From the NCBI RefSeq assembly GCF_963506605.1, contig NC_083277.1, positions 57,970,001 to 58,034,000 on the forward strand: DNA of 64,000 nt. Reading direction: 5' to 3'. The notes under the pieces are model-generated. The model was not told the DNA's origin and made no database searches. It was given only the letters and a program-made list of their open reading frames with translations. Position numbers and translations under genes: made by a program. This document shows, in pieces, positions 12,871 to 27,100 of the stretch. Source of the stretch: Zootoca vivipara (lineage: Eukaryota). Each line of letters starts with the position of its first letter. Position 1 is the first letter of the stretch.

Positions 12871-13486
12871 AAAAAAAACTGTTAAGACATATCATAATCA
12901 TAGGAATAGGGTGGGACCTAAAGAACGCACATCACAGGTGTCAAAAAACCAGGGCAAAGATGGTTACTGTATTTTTATAAATAACAGCCCAGTGATGACA
13001 AACAGATCAGTAGTAGTTGCATGAAGGACTAGGAAGATCAAGGCGGAGAAATTCTGGTATCACCATTTACATTTCACCATTTACCAGTATAATATGGCTG
13101 CCTTGACCCATATTACAAAGTACAGTGCTCTGTACTTGATGCAAGTTACTCGGAAAAGCCTATAATTCATCTACCTGTTTGGGCACCATGAACAGTCTGG
13201 GACATGCTGACTCAAACTCAGATGCTTGACCTGGGTTACTGCTATCTCAGAGAAATAGAGCACCCATGTCATGCCTGTATCACACATTATAATTTAAAAG
13301 CATAGTTTTATAAATAACGACACCAGGCCTGCAAACAGACACTCTGAAATGTAAGAATAGCCCTCCTTACTTACATGTACATGATGGACAATGACATTTA
13401 TCTGGGCAAGGGCCCCTTTGATAACTATTAACAAGAAATCAATAAAGATAAGCGGAAGCAAACCAATCTCTGTGTGTATACAAATA

Positions 13487-13665
13487 GTGTATTTACTTGA
13501 CTGTAGTGCACACCTTTCTTGGCCAAATTAAGTTGCGAAAATTAGGGTGCGCATTAAATTTGATGGTACATCTACATTTGTCAGCAAATAGTTTTTTGGC
13601 ATCAAGTTTTTGAAAATTGAGGTGCGCATTAGATTTGATGACGCATTAGATTCACGTAAATACAA
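13487..13665. mobile_element. Degenerate Tc1/mariner-pogo-type MITE
   Basis: Imperfect TIR gtgtatttac / gtaaatacaa, TA flanks, repeated tgcgcattagatt. Confidence 0.65.
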
Positions 13666-14977
13666 TATCAACATACTAGATCACATTCCTTGTCCTGCAG
13701 AAAAGTGTTATGTTTCAAGGCAGGGATAACACCTCCAAGAAATGTCATGTTGGGTTTTTTTATTCTTTGTTTTCTAGAAAGAATTGTAGAATAGGAAATA
13801 AGAGTAGTGGCTTGGGAACTGTGCTGGTAAGAGATTTACAATGATGGTCTCATTAAGATCTGTACCTATGTTAACTGTACTGCAAAGGTATTATTGCATC
13901 TTAGATGTCCAGGTTCAAAAACAGTTTCAGTCTTCTGTTTTGTTTCAGTCTTTTGTTCCCGTTGTCCATTTCAAGCACACTAGGATCTAAGCTCATTTCC
14001 TTCCTTTGAAGTATAATATCTCCATTGCATCAAAGGACCTTGTGATAAGAGGGTTTCCATATGCTGTAATAGCTATCCTTGACCAGTAAGTGGACTCTTA
14101 ACATTCAGAATAACCCCTATTGACTTATTAATCACTCGAGCCCATCTCCAACAGAGAAACTGCATAATCATCAAGCTATATTGTCTCACTGCATGTTTAA
14201 ATATGTCTTTGAACTATGAGGAAATGAGGTGACCCAGACTGGCCCAAGGCATTTTGAGGCAGAAAATCCAAAAGACAAACCCTCCTTTCCTGTAACTAAT
14301 ATGGAGCCTAACAACCCATCTCATTGAAACAAAATGAAAACAACAGAGAGTGTTATCCTCCTCCTCAAAGATCTCTCCCGCACCCAACACCTATGCTGCC
14401 CCTAAGACTCAAAGCAGGAGTTGCCATTGTGTTGCTCACAGAGGCCTTCCCAAATGGAATGCTTTTTTCAAGCCTCATTGCTGGCAGGTGGCAGGGGGAA
14501 TGAGCACACGAGGGGGAGGCTGAGATGTGTGCATTGTTGCAATGTCTGCATGCTAGCCATCACAGTGTCTCTGTTTGGCAAATGCCCCCTTGGGCTCAAG
14601 AAGATGGACGACAGCCCCTTGCTTAAGGACTCCTGAAATCCATGGCAGCCACATCACTAGGCTTCATGGTTGGATCACCTCTGTGTGCAGCTGACATCTA
14701 CACCTTTATATTAAATCCCTATTTATATTTTAAAAGAACATGGATTAAAAATAACCCATCTAGAGTCTTTTGCTTGTCTGACAACTCACCTCACCATGGA
14801 AATCTGTGGTGTGATATTAGAAGCAGGCACAGATTTCCAGAATGAGATAAAATGGGCTACTCGCTGGTATTTTCACTGTATTCATGAATTTTGTTTTTGG
14901 CCTTTGAAAAATATTTATTACCTTCTTTAGACAATGTAGAGTATGTACAAGAATGTAGTAAGTCCCTTAAGTGCATA

Positions 14978-15196
14978 CAGTGGTACCTCTGGTAACAGAT
15001 GCTTCAGGTTACAGACTCCGCTAACCCAAAAATAAGGTTAAGAACTTTGCTTCAGGATGAGAACAGAAATTGTGTGGCAGCGGCGCAGCAGCAGTGGGAG
15101 GCCCCATTAGCTAAAGTGGTACCTCAGGTTAAGAACAGTTTCAGGTTAAGAACGGACCTCCAGAACGAATTAAGTCCTTAACCCAAGGTACCACTG
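14978..15196. mobile_element. Tigger/pogo-like MITE
   Basis: TIR cagtggtacct / aggtaccactg, preceded by TA. Confidence 0.85.
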
Positions 15197-16051
15197 TTAT
15201 GAAGGAACATTCTTCAGAGGTAGTCTTAATCATTATGACATTATTTTAATCATGATTCCTGTATTTTGTCCTGCAAATCCTAAAAGGAATTCAAAAAGAC
15301 TCACCTCTGGTCTCCCAGGGGCTTGCCTGCCGGTTAGTGGTGATCAGCTATAGATTATTACAGTTGAAATATTCCACTTTAATCTATTTTAAGGGAGCCT
15401 AGATTACATTCCCATAGTCTAATTTTGCTTCACAAGCCTCTAATCAGCCTATTTTCTTTAAATTGCTAAGTGAAACCCCTTTCTTTTAGAACCCATAGAA
15501 ACTAGTGCTGTGTACACACTGCCTCTTAGTCTGGCTCCAACACGCACCACTATTGTTTGAGGCTGAGTACACATGATGTTAGCCACAATACCACATCTGG
15601 GTCTTGTAGCTTCTCGTGAAATGCTCCTGTTTGATGTGCTTTCCCTCAAATGAGGTTCCATCTGATTAGAAAACAGAAGCCGTGGTTAAACTGAGGTGTG
15701 TATGGCTCAGGGAGCCATTACACATGTGCAGCTGACAGCACAGTGAAATGGAGTCCAGCATGAGGAAACAAATCAGATAATGGACATCCCCACCCCCTCT
15801 CTGGTCTGTACAGAGATGTAAGAGTGCAACTTGACCTGCAACAAAATGTTGCAATGTGGACTGCTCCTGCCGAAGCAACCTTCTGACACCAGCATCACTC
15901 CTGCTTATGTGGATGGGTCTAGGGTACGATGACATAACCCCATGGGTATGTTGGGGCCATGCTTGTACATCAGGTGGGACTGCCAATCTGGTGCATGCGC
16001 ATGGCCCCAACCTTAACCAATGACCCACCCTAGTCACAGTCAGGCAAACCA

Positions 16052-16354
16052 TGTTGCTGGTGTCAGGAGGGCGACTGCAATTCTACACTGCCGCACACAC
16101 CACTACTCTCAGCCATGCTGTTTGCCATCACCTACCTACCCTGCCAGCCCTCTTCTGTGCGTGTGTGTGCACTCTCTCATACACACTTACCTTACTGTTC
16201 CAAATAAACATGCTCAGTCCTGACTAGCTGGGATTTGGGAACGGGGTGTTAATTTTTCTTTCCTCTTTCTCAGCTTCTGTAAAACGTGGTGTTAACCCTA
16301 ATCGTGCTGGTTCCTCCTCATGTGTGTAAATGATGCTGCTTTGGTTACATAACA
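16052..16354. mobile_element. Possible degenerate solo LTR; left boundary uncertain
   Basis: Ends in tacataaca like the solo LTRs at 9416 and 57268, with an internal AATAAA. No clean TSD. Confidence 0.3.
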
Positions 16355-16649
16355 TTCCACACTCAGAGAATCAATTAACTGCTAGCTTTATAATTATTGA
16401 CAACGGCTATATGAAGCCACCAGTGTCAGAGGCAACATAACCCTGAATGCTAGTTGCTGAGCTGCAACAAAGGGGGTGGGTGTTATTGCCCTCTTGCTTT
16501 GCTGGTTTGCCCCAGTGGGGGAAGCAGGTTACTGGGCTAGATAGGTCTTTGGACTGATCTAGCGTAGATGTTCTTATGTTCTCGTATGCCAGGTTTCCCC
16601 CAGAATCTGCCTCAGTCTGGTTAAGGAAATCAACTTGCTCTAATATTAA

Positions 16650-17170
16650 GACAGGAAGCAAACTTATACTAAGACACCATTGGTCCTTCTGGCTCAGTAT
16701 TGTCTACGCTGACTGGTAAAAGGTAAAGGGACCCCTGACCATTAGGTCCAGTCGTGACCGACTCTGGGGTTGTGGTGCTCATCTCACGTTATTGGCCGAG
16801 GGAGCCGGCGTACAGCTTCCAGGTCATGTGGCCAGCATGACAAAGCCGCTTCTGGTGAACCAGAGCAGCACACAGAAATGCTGTTTACCTTCCCGCTGTA
16901 GCGGTACCTTTTTATCTACTTACACTTTGTCATGCTTTCGAACCGCTAGGTTGGCAGCAGCTGGGACCGAGCAACAGGAGCTCACCCTGTTGCTGGGATT
17001 CGAACTGCTGATCTTCTGATCGGCAAGCCCTAGGCTCAGTGGTTTAACCCACAGCGCCACCCACACACCGACTGGTAGTAGCTCTCTAAAGTTTCACACT
17101 GAGGTCTTTCCCAGCCCTACTTGGGGACACAGGGATTGAACCTGGCGCCTGCTCTGCCACTGGGCCATGG
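16650..17170 (-). mobile_element. tRNA(Ala)-headed SINE split by a Sauria SINE
   Basis: The two halves rejoin to the sequence seen at 11037-11235. Confidence 0.75.
16719..17069 (-). mobile_element. Sauria SINE (lacertid POM type), near full length
   Basis: aaggtaaagggacccctgacc...ggtttaacccacagcgccacc, with TSD core GACTGGTA on both sides. Confidence 0.92.
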
Positions 17171-20100
17171 CCTCCCAAAACTAAAAAGCAACAGCCAAGA
17201 AGCCTGATTGAGATTCCACCTCAATGGAAGGAGAAACAGACAGGGGGAAGGACTGCCTTAAAACTGTTCCACTGTCAGTCCTACTCCAAAGCAGAGCTGA
17301 GCAGCATGAGCATTGACACCCTGGGTCAGTGACAGTCTCCCTGATTAATCTGAACCATTCCTGGAAATTGAACATCAAAATCCATATGTAGACCTTCAAT
17401 TCCCATAGTATCCTGGTGCAAGGGGACAGGTGGTGGCCTCTTCTTAGTAGGAGGAAATGGCTACTTGCTTGGAATTGGCTTCAGTTCTTTGACAAGTATG
17501 TTTACACTACATGCTTTAAATGGTTTTGAAAAACAGGTTTAGCGTTCACAGCTGCACTGCCTTTCCATCTCATGCCTTCACCTCAGGCAGGAAGTCATCT
17601 ATGAATTATCTGTGATTGCGTAACGGTAGACTCCATGGAGCCCTATGCCCAAGCCGCTTAGGGATGGGAGTTATCTTTTAGTACAGTTCCATACACATCA
17701 AGACAGTTTCTGCTTCTGGGTAGACCTTGGCCATTGCTTACAGAAGAGAAGGATTAGAACCTTCTCCAATGCGGCAAATGGAGAGTCGGGGCTTTAAAGA
17801 GAAACAGTGGGCAGGCAGACCCAAATGGGCATTTCTAGGAGAAAGTGGGCAGTTCAAAAAATTCAAGTCTTGCAAAAGTTGCATTATGTTTGGTGATTCG
17901 AAACAACTGATAACAATGTGAAAAGTAAATTGAGTAGTCCAAGCTCCTCTAGAGCCCCAGTCCCTAACCAAGGATATCCATATCTCTTTCTCCTGCCAAA
18001 GGCGCCACTGCTGCTCCCCACAGAGTATTCACCAGTGCTTCTAATATGAAGGAAACGTAGCATTCTTCTGCATTAGTGTAGTCACATTGCCAGTCCTGAG
18101 GATATTCTCTGCTCTGCGTAGATTTGCTAAATGCCATGCTATAGAGCAAGAAAATACATATGCGCATGCAAGGCAAGTGCATGTGCAGCAGTGTGTTGCA
18201 ACAGAGCGTGCCGTATGAATTATAGTCACATGCCGCTGGACAGTTCTAAACTTTCCTTTTTAAGAAGCCCCGATAGGGAGCTGTAGTCCAAAACACCTGG
18301 AAGGCACTGGATTGGGCAAGGTGGCTCTACACAGTCGATGGTCCTGAATCTGCTGGCTTGTTATTTTGAAGCTGAAGTGACCCTGCTACCAACCAAAGCA
18401 CTGTGCAATGCTGAGCTGCTGAAGTCTGAGCTAGTAAGAGGAGGTGGAGAGAGTCCTTCAGGACCTGGGGGGGGGAGGGTGTAGCAGGGTGGGAAGAGGA
18501 GAAGAACCTGCCGCTGATGAGTATAAGTGGTTTCCTCGTCACTGCCGACAGTGAGTGCGTAGGATGCTGTTAGACAAAGCCTGAGCTGGGAAGCAGCGGC
18601 AACAGAGCTTCTGTGCTCTCTGTGTGGAGTGCTTTCCTTCCCAACCGCTCTGTCTCAGGTAGCGTCAATATTCAGCCTTCCACACATTTCTCTCCCCTCC
18701 CATCACCCCATCTACAAATCCTCAAGAAGGATGGCATTTTCTTTTAGTGCAGAAGAGGGGGCATGAAGCAAATGGGAGGGGGCGAACATGCAGTGGGTGC
18801 TTCACCTTCCTCCCCCTCTCAAAGAATCCAGGCTCTTGTCTTTTTTCTGGCTGCAGCACATGTTGGCTTCTCTGATGGAGTTGGCAGAGTGGGTGGCATC
18901 AATTGTAGATTCAGGGTGTGGGTGGATTTGCACTTTGTGGGTTTTCATTCCCCCCCCCATCCTTCCCCCAGACAATATTAGTAATCAAGGCAGGGCAGAG
19001 GATGGTGGTTTTGTTGCATATAGGGAGTGGAGAGAGGGGACGGGTCACTATTGAAAGAGAAGAGTGAAGATGAAGTTCATTTGTGCCCTTCTTGCAGATG
19101 TTGAAGGGTGCTTCTTGGCTTTTCATAAAGCTCACTTTCCAGGAGAGGGGGGGGGGGGAAATGAGAGGTCTTCTGGAGAGGATGCTGGCAGGAATGTGTG
19201 GTCCATAATCAACTTTACTGACTCTGATGCAAAATCAAACACATTTCCCCTAGCCATCTATGGTTGACCCAAACTTTCCAGATGATTTTTGTGCAACAAT
19301 TGCACTGTTGTTTGATTCAGATGTTTCTAATGCAAAATATATCATTGTTGTATCACTCAAACTATGACTTTTGTCACTGCAGAAATGCAGTTTCTCCTCC
19401 TTTCTCATCTAAATGGTGTATTTAGCACTGTATGGTATGTGGTCACACAATGGACAAGTGATAGACTTTATCCCCCCCATACTATTATATGATATTTTAA
19501 AACAATGCTGTTTTTAATCATGTTTAAAAACTTGTTTGCTCTCCTAGTATAACATTCCAGTGTGGAATTATTCCTTTTAACTTAGGGGGAACTCACCAGT
19601 GTGATGCCCTCCAGATTTTGCTGGAATCCAGCTTCCATTACTTCTAACGAAAGACCATTTTGGCTAGAACTGATGAGAGTTGGAGTCTAACAACATCTGG
19701 AGGGCACCATGTTGGGTGTCCCTGTTCTATTTCTTTAACAACAACGGTATGAACACAAACAAGGTGTGTAACTTTGGCAAGGTTCTGATCCCTTTTAACA
19801 ATTTCATTGACTTCTTCAGCTACTGATTTGGAAGGGTAGAAATTTTATTTTTACACTTTTACTCGTATGGTCATGCTAACCTGACTCTGTGGGATAATCA
19901 AGATTTGAAAATAAAAAGGCAGTCTTTTGTGGCAGAATGGGGTTGATAGTGAGATTTATTTGTTAGATTAGTTAGCAGGAACAGGTAGAGATTTTTGTCG
20001 TTTTAAGTTTTATGGTTTAGAGATACCACTTACGTACCCACTTGTACTGAATAACAATATATTCCACAGCACTTTTTAGTGTCTGTTTATGGACCGTCAG

Positions 20101-21120
20101 CTTTGAGTACCTCGGTTTCTCTTATATTTTTGGAAGAAATAATTGGAAAGCTACTGATAACCTATAATGCTTGTGTATACATGTTTATTGGAGTGTTGTA
20201 AATTGGATGTTCAAGATCTTACAAGCAAATGGAACAGAGAGTTAGAGTGTTCCATTCAGCTCAAGCAGTGGAAAGTTGCATTAGCATCTATATGGAGTGT
20301 TTCTTTAGATTTAAAATTGAGATTCGTGTTTTGGGTATAGTGGACCCTACAGCATCTTTATAGGAAGGAATTTGCCAGTTCAGATAGATGCTAGTGATGT
20401 AACACTGGAAATATCTCTTTGAGGCCATGGTGTCTTCTTTCTGGTCAGAAATTATTCTTTGCATTAACTTTGTCTAGGAGAAATCCTAGATATTTGTGGA
20501 TGTTCACGCACCCTTAAATTGCACCCCTGTAGTAGGGACTAACAGAAGGACAACAAAACTGAATCCTGTGATGGTTGCAATGGCTGGAAGGAGAAACATG
20601 CACCTTCCATTACTTGGTGGTCTCTCACTGCCGTTTCTACATGGCTTATAATCAGTCTTGTTTGGCTATTTGGACATATGGACTGCTTATAGTAATTTAC
20701 ACATTTAAGTTAGGATTGATGGTATATTCTTATTAATTGCAAATGGTGATGTTTCTATCTCCCCACCCCCAATATTTGCAGATTAAAATAATAATATACA
20801 TATTTTAAAGTGTGATCTGAGTAGAATTGGGAAGCTGGCACAACCGCTCTTAAATGGCTTTGTAGTAGCACACAAGTGACATTTACTGCTAGCTGCTTCT
20901 AGTGTCAGCTGCATATATATCTTTTTGTTGTGAGGACCAGGCTTTCAGAAATGATTAAATTACAAACAGGATTGGAATCTCCTTGCCACCTGTAGCTGTT
21001 GGGTCATTTTTCACATAGGAACAGTCATTCCTGCATTGCAGGGGGTTGGACTAGATGACCCTCAGTGTTCCTTCCAACTTTACAGTTCTATTATTCTAAG
21101 TGCTATGACACTATATAGAG

Positions 21121-21440
21121 CAGGGGTCCCCAAACTAAGGCCCGGGGGCCAGATGCGGCCCAATCGCCTTCTAAATCCGGCCCACGGACGGTCCTGGAAT
21201 CAGCATTTTTTACATGAGTAGAATGTATCCTTTTATTTAAAATGCATCTCTGGGTTATTTGTGGGGCCTGCCTGGTGTTTTTACATGAGTAGAATGTGTC
21301 CTTTTATTTAAAATGCATCTCTGGGTTATTTGTGGGACATAGGAGTTCGTTCAAATTTTTCTTCAAAATATAGTCCGGCCCCCCACAAGGTCTGAGGGAC
21401 AGTGGACCGGCCCCCTGCTGAAAAAGTTTGCTGACCCCTG
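21121..21440. mobile_element. hAT MITE, family A
   Basis: Perfect 8-bp TSD ATATAGAG and an internal duplication of about 64 bp. Confidence 0.93.
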
Positions 21441-22249
21441 ATATAGAGCTTGGAAGGGTAACAGGCTTAACAGCCAAGGCAAAGAGATAAGGATGGAGCA
21501 GAAGAATGGGGGAATTGCCAAATATGAACCGATTTACAGAAAAACCCCAGAAGAAACCGTGTTGGTATTAAAACCAAACAAAATGAACCAGAATAGTGAG
21601 CAAGCATTGAGCTCAAGGAACATCAGGCTGGATGGTAAACAAAATAGAGAGTAGGGAAGAGAAAGCGCTGTCTCGATGTTGGTAGCCACGTTTTTGGCAA
21701 TCCTGTGCACATCTACTTGGAAGCAAGTGCTACTGCGCCGTGGCACTTGCACCATTTACTGTGTTGCAAACCAGGGACGAGGAACCTGTTGCTCTCCAGA
21801 TGTACTTGAACTCCAACTGCTATCAGCCCCACCCATGGCCGGTGATCAGGGGCGACAAGACTTGGAGTCCCACAGTATCTGGAGGGCCACCGGGACCCAA
21901 TCTCTGCTAGTTAGCTTCGCTGGAAACTGGCACATTTTCGGGTGGACGTGTATCGGAGCTCAGCCGTAGCGTTCTCGAAGGTGCCCAGCCAGTAGAGCCT
22001 TGTTATTGCAACAAACTAACGAGACTGCCCATCTCTGTGTAGAAGAGATGTATTTTGTGTATTTTCGCGGAGGGACCAAGAGCAGGACAATCTGTGGCCA
22101 GTCTACCCGCCCTGCTATGGCATTGCCACGAGAATCGCAGCTCAGGCGAGAGATCCACTCTCTCCCACCCCCCGCTCCTGTACAGGTTCCTGAAGAGCTG
22201 CATCCCTGACAGAGCCCAGACTCTCCTCCCCCGTTGCTGGGAGCTCTGC

Positions 22250-22277
<28 letters not shown>
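22250..22277. repeat. (CT)n microsatellite in the GPRIN1 promoter region
   Basis: Direct reading. Confidence 0.92.
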
Positions 22278-22280
<3 letters not shown>

Positions 22281-22466
22281 TCCAAGTGCCTGAGCAGGCA
22301 GGCAGCCTTCCTCCCGCTCCCTCCCTCCCCGACATCAGATGCCTGGCTGGTTCCCACACGCATGCTCCGAGCGGCACTTTCTCGTCGCCAGCGGCGCCCG
22401 GAGCAGCGGCGCAGGGCGAGCTGCGGAGCCTTTCCCGCACCCCGGGGCAGTGCATGACTCCAGCAG
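22270..22466 (+). other. GPRIN1: Probable non-coding first exon (5'UTR) of GPRIN1; start approximate
   Basis: Inside the CpG island after a (CT)n tract, with donor CAG|GTAACG at 22466/22467. Would splice to the acceptor at 42661. Confidence 0.6.
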
Positions 22467-23929
22467 GTAACGGCACGCATCCCTCGCGGCTTGGGGAGTC
22501 TTTGGAGCGCGAGGCCGGAGCCCAGGCCCGAGCGAGACTCCAGGAGGAGGAGGAGATCCCCTCCGCTAGGGTCCCAGATGGGGGCGCCTTTGACCCTCGG
22601 GAGCGTCTGGCGCGCTCTGCCCGCCCGGGAGGAAGCGGCGCTGGCGGAGCACGTGCCCTGGCGAGCCGGAGCTGGCTTTGTTCGGAGGTCGCTCCGCCGC
22701 CACCTCAACCTAACCGGGGGCAGCGGGCGGCGGGCAGACGTGAGTCGCAGCTCCAGCCGCTCACTCCTACAGGTGATCAGAGGGTGGGCATCGCCTACTG
22801 ATCCTGGGGTGAAGATCCCGGGTGAAGTCGCCTTGCATTTGCGCGCGGTGTGCGCGCTGGGTCCCCTCGTGCGCTGCAAGCGGGAGAGTAGGAGGTGCCC
22901 TGCGCGCTTGTGCGAATGCGCTCGCCGTCCCCGGGAAAGCTGCTCGAAGGCATCCTCCGAGCAGCCTGCCTTCTCTATGTGTGTGCCGTTATGAAAGATG
23001 AAATTTGACCCCAGTGTTTTGCGGATCTCTCCCCCCCCCCCCCCGCTCTCCTCATTGTGTACGACCACGCGTACTGGGTGAAGCGTGTTGTTGTCTCGGG
23101 TGCGCGCGCGCGCATTTGGCCATGGAGTGTGTGTGTGTTTTCCGCGCACGCTGCCGGGGTTAAGCAGGCGTGTGGGCAGGGCGCCGCGTTAAGTTCTTTG
23201 CCTGTTTGTTTGTTTGTTTGTTTGTTTGTGTGCATGCATGCATGCGCTCACTCTGTTTATGTGTGTGCTTGTGTATGCGCGCGCGGGATGGAGCGTGTGC
23301 CCGTGCCCGCCCCCTGCTGGTGGGTTGTGAAGATGTGCATTTTCCCGTGCGATCAGGGCCAGCGTAGTTTTGCCCACCTCCTTGGCGCGGGATCCATTCA
23401 TCAGTTTGCAGTTCGGTTTCCGAGGCGACTGGTCTCTGCTGACAACCGCCTCCCACCCCCCGCCCGCTCTCTTTCCCCTTCCCCAGTGAATCACGGTTGC
23501 TTTCCTACCGCACACAAGCCATTATGGCAAGATCCTTTCTCTCCAGCCAGCTAGAAAGTCCCTGTCTGCCCTCCTGGGGCTGCAGATTATTATGGATTCT
23601 CTTGCTTCTCAACTCTGGATCCAGCATTCTCTAGGCAGGGATTTCGTTGACTCTCAGCTCTTTCGCTTCACTGAACTCTTCCTTCCGTTTGCCTGACTTT
23701 GCTTTTACTGCCTGTGCATTTAAGTTGGAGGCCACCGACCTTTGGGTTTGTAGTAGGAGGGATTAGTTGCATATTAAATGTGGATGCAAGGAATACACTC
23801 CCAGTTTAGGCTCTTAGTAAATCCTTCACAGCAAATCCATCACATTTTAAAGGGCTCTTAGAGTGTTTGAAGTGCAGCAGAGATATTAACTAAGTAATCT
23901 TTAGAACAACAAGGTATGTGTGTTTGTCT

Positions 23930-24135
23930 AATACATTTATATCCAACTTTTTTCTCAAAGGAGCTTAAAGCGGCACACATGGTTCACCCCTCCTCATTTA
24001 ACCCCCACAACAAGCCTGTGAGGTGGGTTAGGCTGAGAGGCAGCTACTGGCCCAAGTGAGTTCATGGCAGAGTGGGGATATGAACCTTGATCTCTCAGGT
24101 TCTAGTCCAGCACACTCACCACTACATCACATTGC
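23930..24135 (-). mobile_element. MIR/Ther1-derived CORE SINE (Squam3-like)
   Basis: cacaacaagcctgtgaggtgggttaggctgagag core with a tRNA-like head on the minus strand. Confidence 0.7.
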
Positions 24136-27100
24136 CTTTCCCTTCATAGACAAAGAGAGCACATGTTTTGCCTGCAAAGGGTCCCAGGTTCAGTCTCTAG
24201 GTACGGCTAGAGAACTCCTTTCTGAAATGCCAGAGTGCTGCTGCCAGTAAATATGTAGACCAGGCCTGGGGAATTGCAAGCCCTGGGTCTGAATGTGACC
24301 CTCCAGGCTTTTCTCAGGTCCTCGAGACTCTCATTAGATCATCCGTCATTGGCCCTGTTCCATGCCCTCCTTGAGTGCTCTTGGCTGAGTGGAATGTGTC
24401 TTTGAACTGTGAAAATGCCTCTTCCTTGCCTCGATGGACATCTGTGTGTGTGAAGTAACATCTGACTTTTGTGTGGTTGGAATATAGCCTTTTATACGAA
24501 AGTAAGAGTCGCATCCATAGACGGTGACCTGCTCACTTTTGCCCGTGGTCCCGCCCACCACTGGCATGTGACCCTCAGGAAGTATGCTCCTCAGGATCTA
24601 AAAGGGTCCCCACCCTAGTATAGGCAATACTGAGCTAAATGGACCAAAGGGGCAACAAAGTATAGGATGGCTTCTTCATGGCTTGCCAAAGACTGCCTAG
24701 TAAGTTCATGGAAGGAACAAGATTTGAACCAGGGGCTTCTAGAGCTTACCGCTTAAATGTCCCTGCTTCTGGCTGATGTGATTTTCTTCAGAAAGATGTT
24801 GCTCCATAACAGAGGTGTGAAGAAACTTTGGCCCCTTCATATGCTGCAATGTCTGGAGGCCAAAGGTTCCCCACACCTATCATAAATATTGCTGGCTTGA
24901 CCACAGTACAGGCAGCTCCCAGGGGCAGCAGCACTTCCCAGGGGAAGCAGCATTCAAGTTCTGCTGCTGATGTCAGTCCTGGCCTGGGTCCTCAGGCACG
25001 TTGGCATGCCACGGATTTCCAGGGCCAGCTCTCAGGTTGCCCTTGCACTGCCCAGCTTAGTGCAGTAAGTAGGGCCTTTCTGCCAGCCCTGTTGAATGAG
25101 CTGCTTTTTCCTACCCACAGATGAGAGGGAACTAACCTGGAGATTTTGTGGAGCCCTTGCCCTGCTGCCTCTAGCTTGGGGAAAGAAATGAAATGACCCT
25201 TAGTCATAGGAAATAAAGCCAAGGCAGAAAAAAGAGCTAGTTAAAAATGAGTTTTTGAATTCACTTCTGCTCCTGGTGCGATCCCAGCCTTGCCATGGTG
25301 ATGCTATGCTGCTCAGATCGCTGTAGGGAAGATATTGCACATGTGCCATTTAACAGCTGGGATATGGATTGGGGAGCGACTGCAGCTAATGCCGGGAAAC
25401 AGTTTTAGTGTCTCTGAACTCTGGAACTAAAAAGGTGCTTAGGCAGCTAAGCTCAGCTGCCTTGCTAACTTTTGTACATTCAAAAGCAGCATCTGTTTAG
25501 AGGGGAACTTGACCATAGCAGTGCTTGATTTCTCACATAAGAGATGGTGCAGCTCAAACCGGCTGTAATACCAGATCTTATACTAGGAGTCCATATGTGT
25601 TGGTTCTAGCTACTCACATGTATGTAAGGAAAATGTGCATGTGCTCAGAGACCCTTACTTTTTTGTTATTTATTTACACAAGCAGGATTTGCAACAAACG
25701 GTTGCAGCATGGACTATGCCTGTTCAGTGCTATCAGGTTACAGGATCTAAGCCCTGCACATAGCTTCTGTGTTTATAGATAACACATTTTCCTTATTGAA
25801 ACTGATATCTGGGCGGATGCATATCTGCTCACACAGGTTATGTGTATTTACCTCGTGCATTAGTTTAATGACAGGAACATTACGGCTTCCTCTTGCATAC
25901 CTCCAAATGGGAATTCTTTGCAGCTTTCTGTTTGACTGATGCTGAGAGTAGTGTGCGAATATATCTGAGGATGGGGAAATGCTGCAAACTCTTTGGATTG
26001 GCTTATTATTTTTATTTATCGGACTGAGTTATAGTACTCCATGAGCAATTTAATTGTAGTTCAGCTTTGAAAATAAATTCACAAAAGCTACAAACCCACT
26101 TGCCCATGCATAGCCAGGCTAGTTAGTTGCCACCTAAAAGGAAAGAGGAACAGAAATTCCTTTTGTAAAACTTTCTGGTCACCTGGGGGCAATTCTGCAT
26201 TCATCATAGATGACCAAGTTGTTCACAAGCCTGCTGTAGATCACTACATTGCATCTCTGAAAGAAGGAAGGAAGGAAAGAATAAAGACATGTTCAAAACT
26301 TAAGTACTGTATCTAAAAGGTTATGGGGCCTAGAAGGCATTTTTGAGCATGTTTTGAATTTTCTTGAAGGATTTTAAAAGGGACATTTTTTACTATACTT
26401 TCTGGAAGCCATGTGATGATTCCCTTGTCTCCATTGTTAAGCGAAAGACTTTTGCCACTGATGTCATTGCTCAAGTGTTTTGCAAGATGGAAGAAACTAA
26501 TATTCAGCCAACCATATCAAAGCCTTTTCTCTACAAGCTGCCTCAGACATTTTATCCTGACAAAGCCAACTATACTCACAAAGGCAATGTGAGGCTTCAG
26601 CAATTGCTTTCCACAGGACCCGACCAGAATGGCATTCTGCTTAAGGAAGCAGGGACCACCACTGCAGCTCAGGGATGCGCAGAGTAAAAATAAGTACTGG
26701 CACACAGCTGGGTAGCATTTAGGGCCTACTAAAAGTGCCGTTTCCTTGTAAATGCTGTTTGTGCTAAAATGCAAGCAGTAGCTTTGCTTGCCCAGTTGTA
26801 GCTTTGCTTGCCCAACACTATTGAGTGTGAAATGGTTCTCTTGCTCACAGGTTTGTCTGAGCGTGAAGGCGAGCAACTTGTTTTTGCCCAAATACATCAG
26901 TAGGAACCTGGCAGTGGAACTTTGGGCAAATGATGATTCTTTGGCTCCAAAGATGAACTGGAATAAATATTGATTGAGACCCAGGCAGTCCTGGAGCTCT
27001 CCAGATGATGTGGGGCTCCAAACCCCAAGAGCCCCAGCCAGCATGGCCTATGATCAGGGATGATGGAAGTTGTCATTCAGCAACAACTGGAGGACTATAG

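Larger units (their letters stand above)
21900..23500. promoter_or_regulatory. CpG island, probable GPRIN1 promoter
   Basis: Sharp rise in GC and CpG density (gcgcgc runs) against a CpG-depleted background. Boundaries approximate. Confidence 0.85.

Noticed and set aside
22003-23554. Long overlapping ORFs (248, 335, 167 and 165 aa) on both strands
   Set aside because: Expected from stop-codon scarcity in a CpG island. They translate microsatellites (RERE, TNKQ) and have no recognisable domain.
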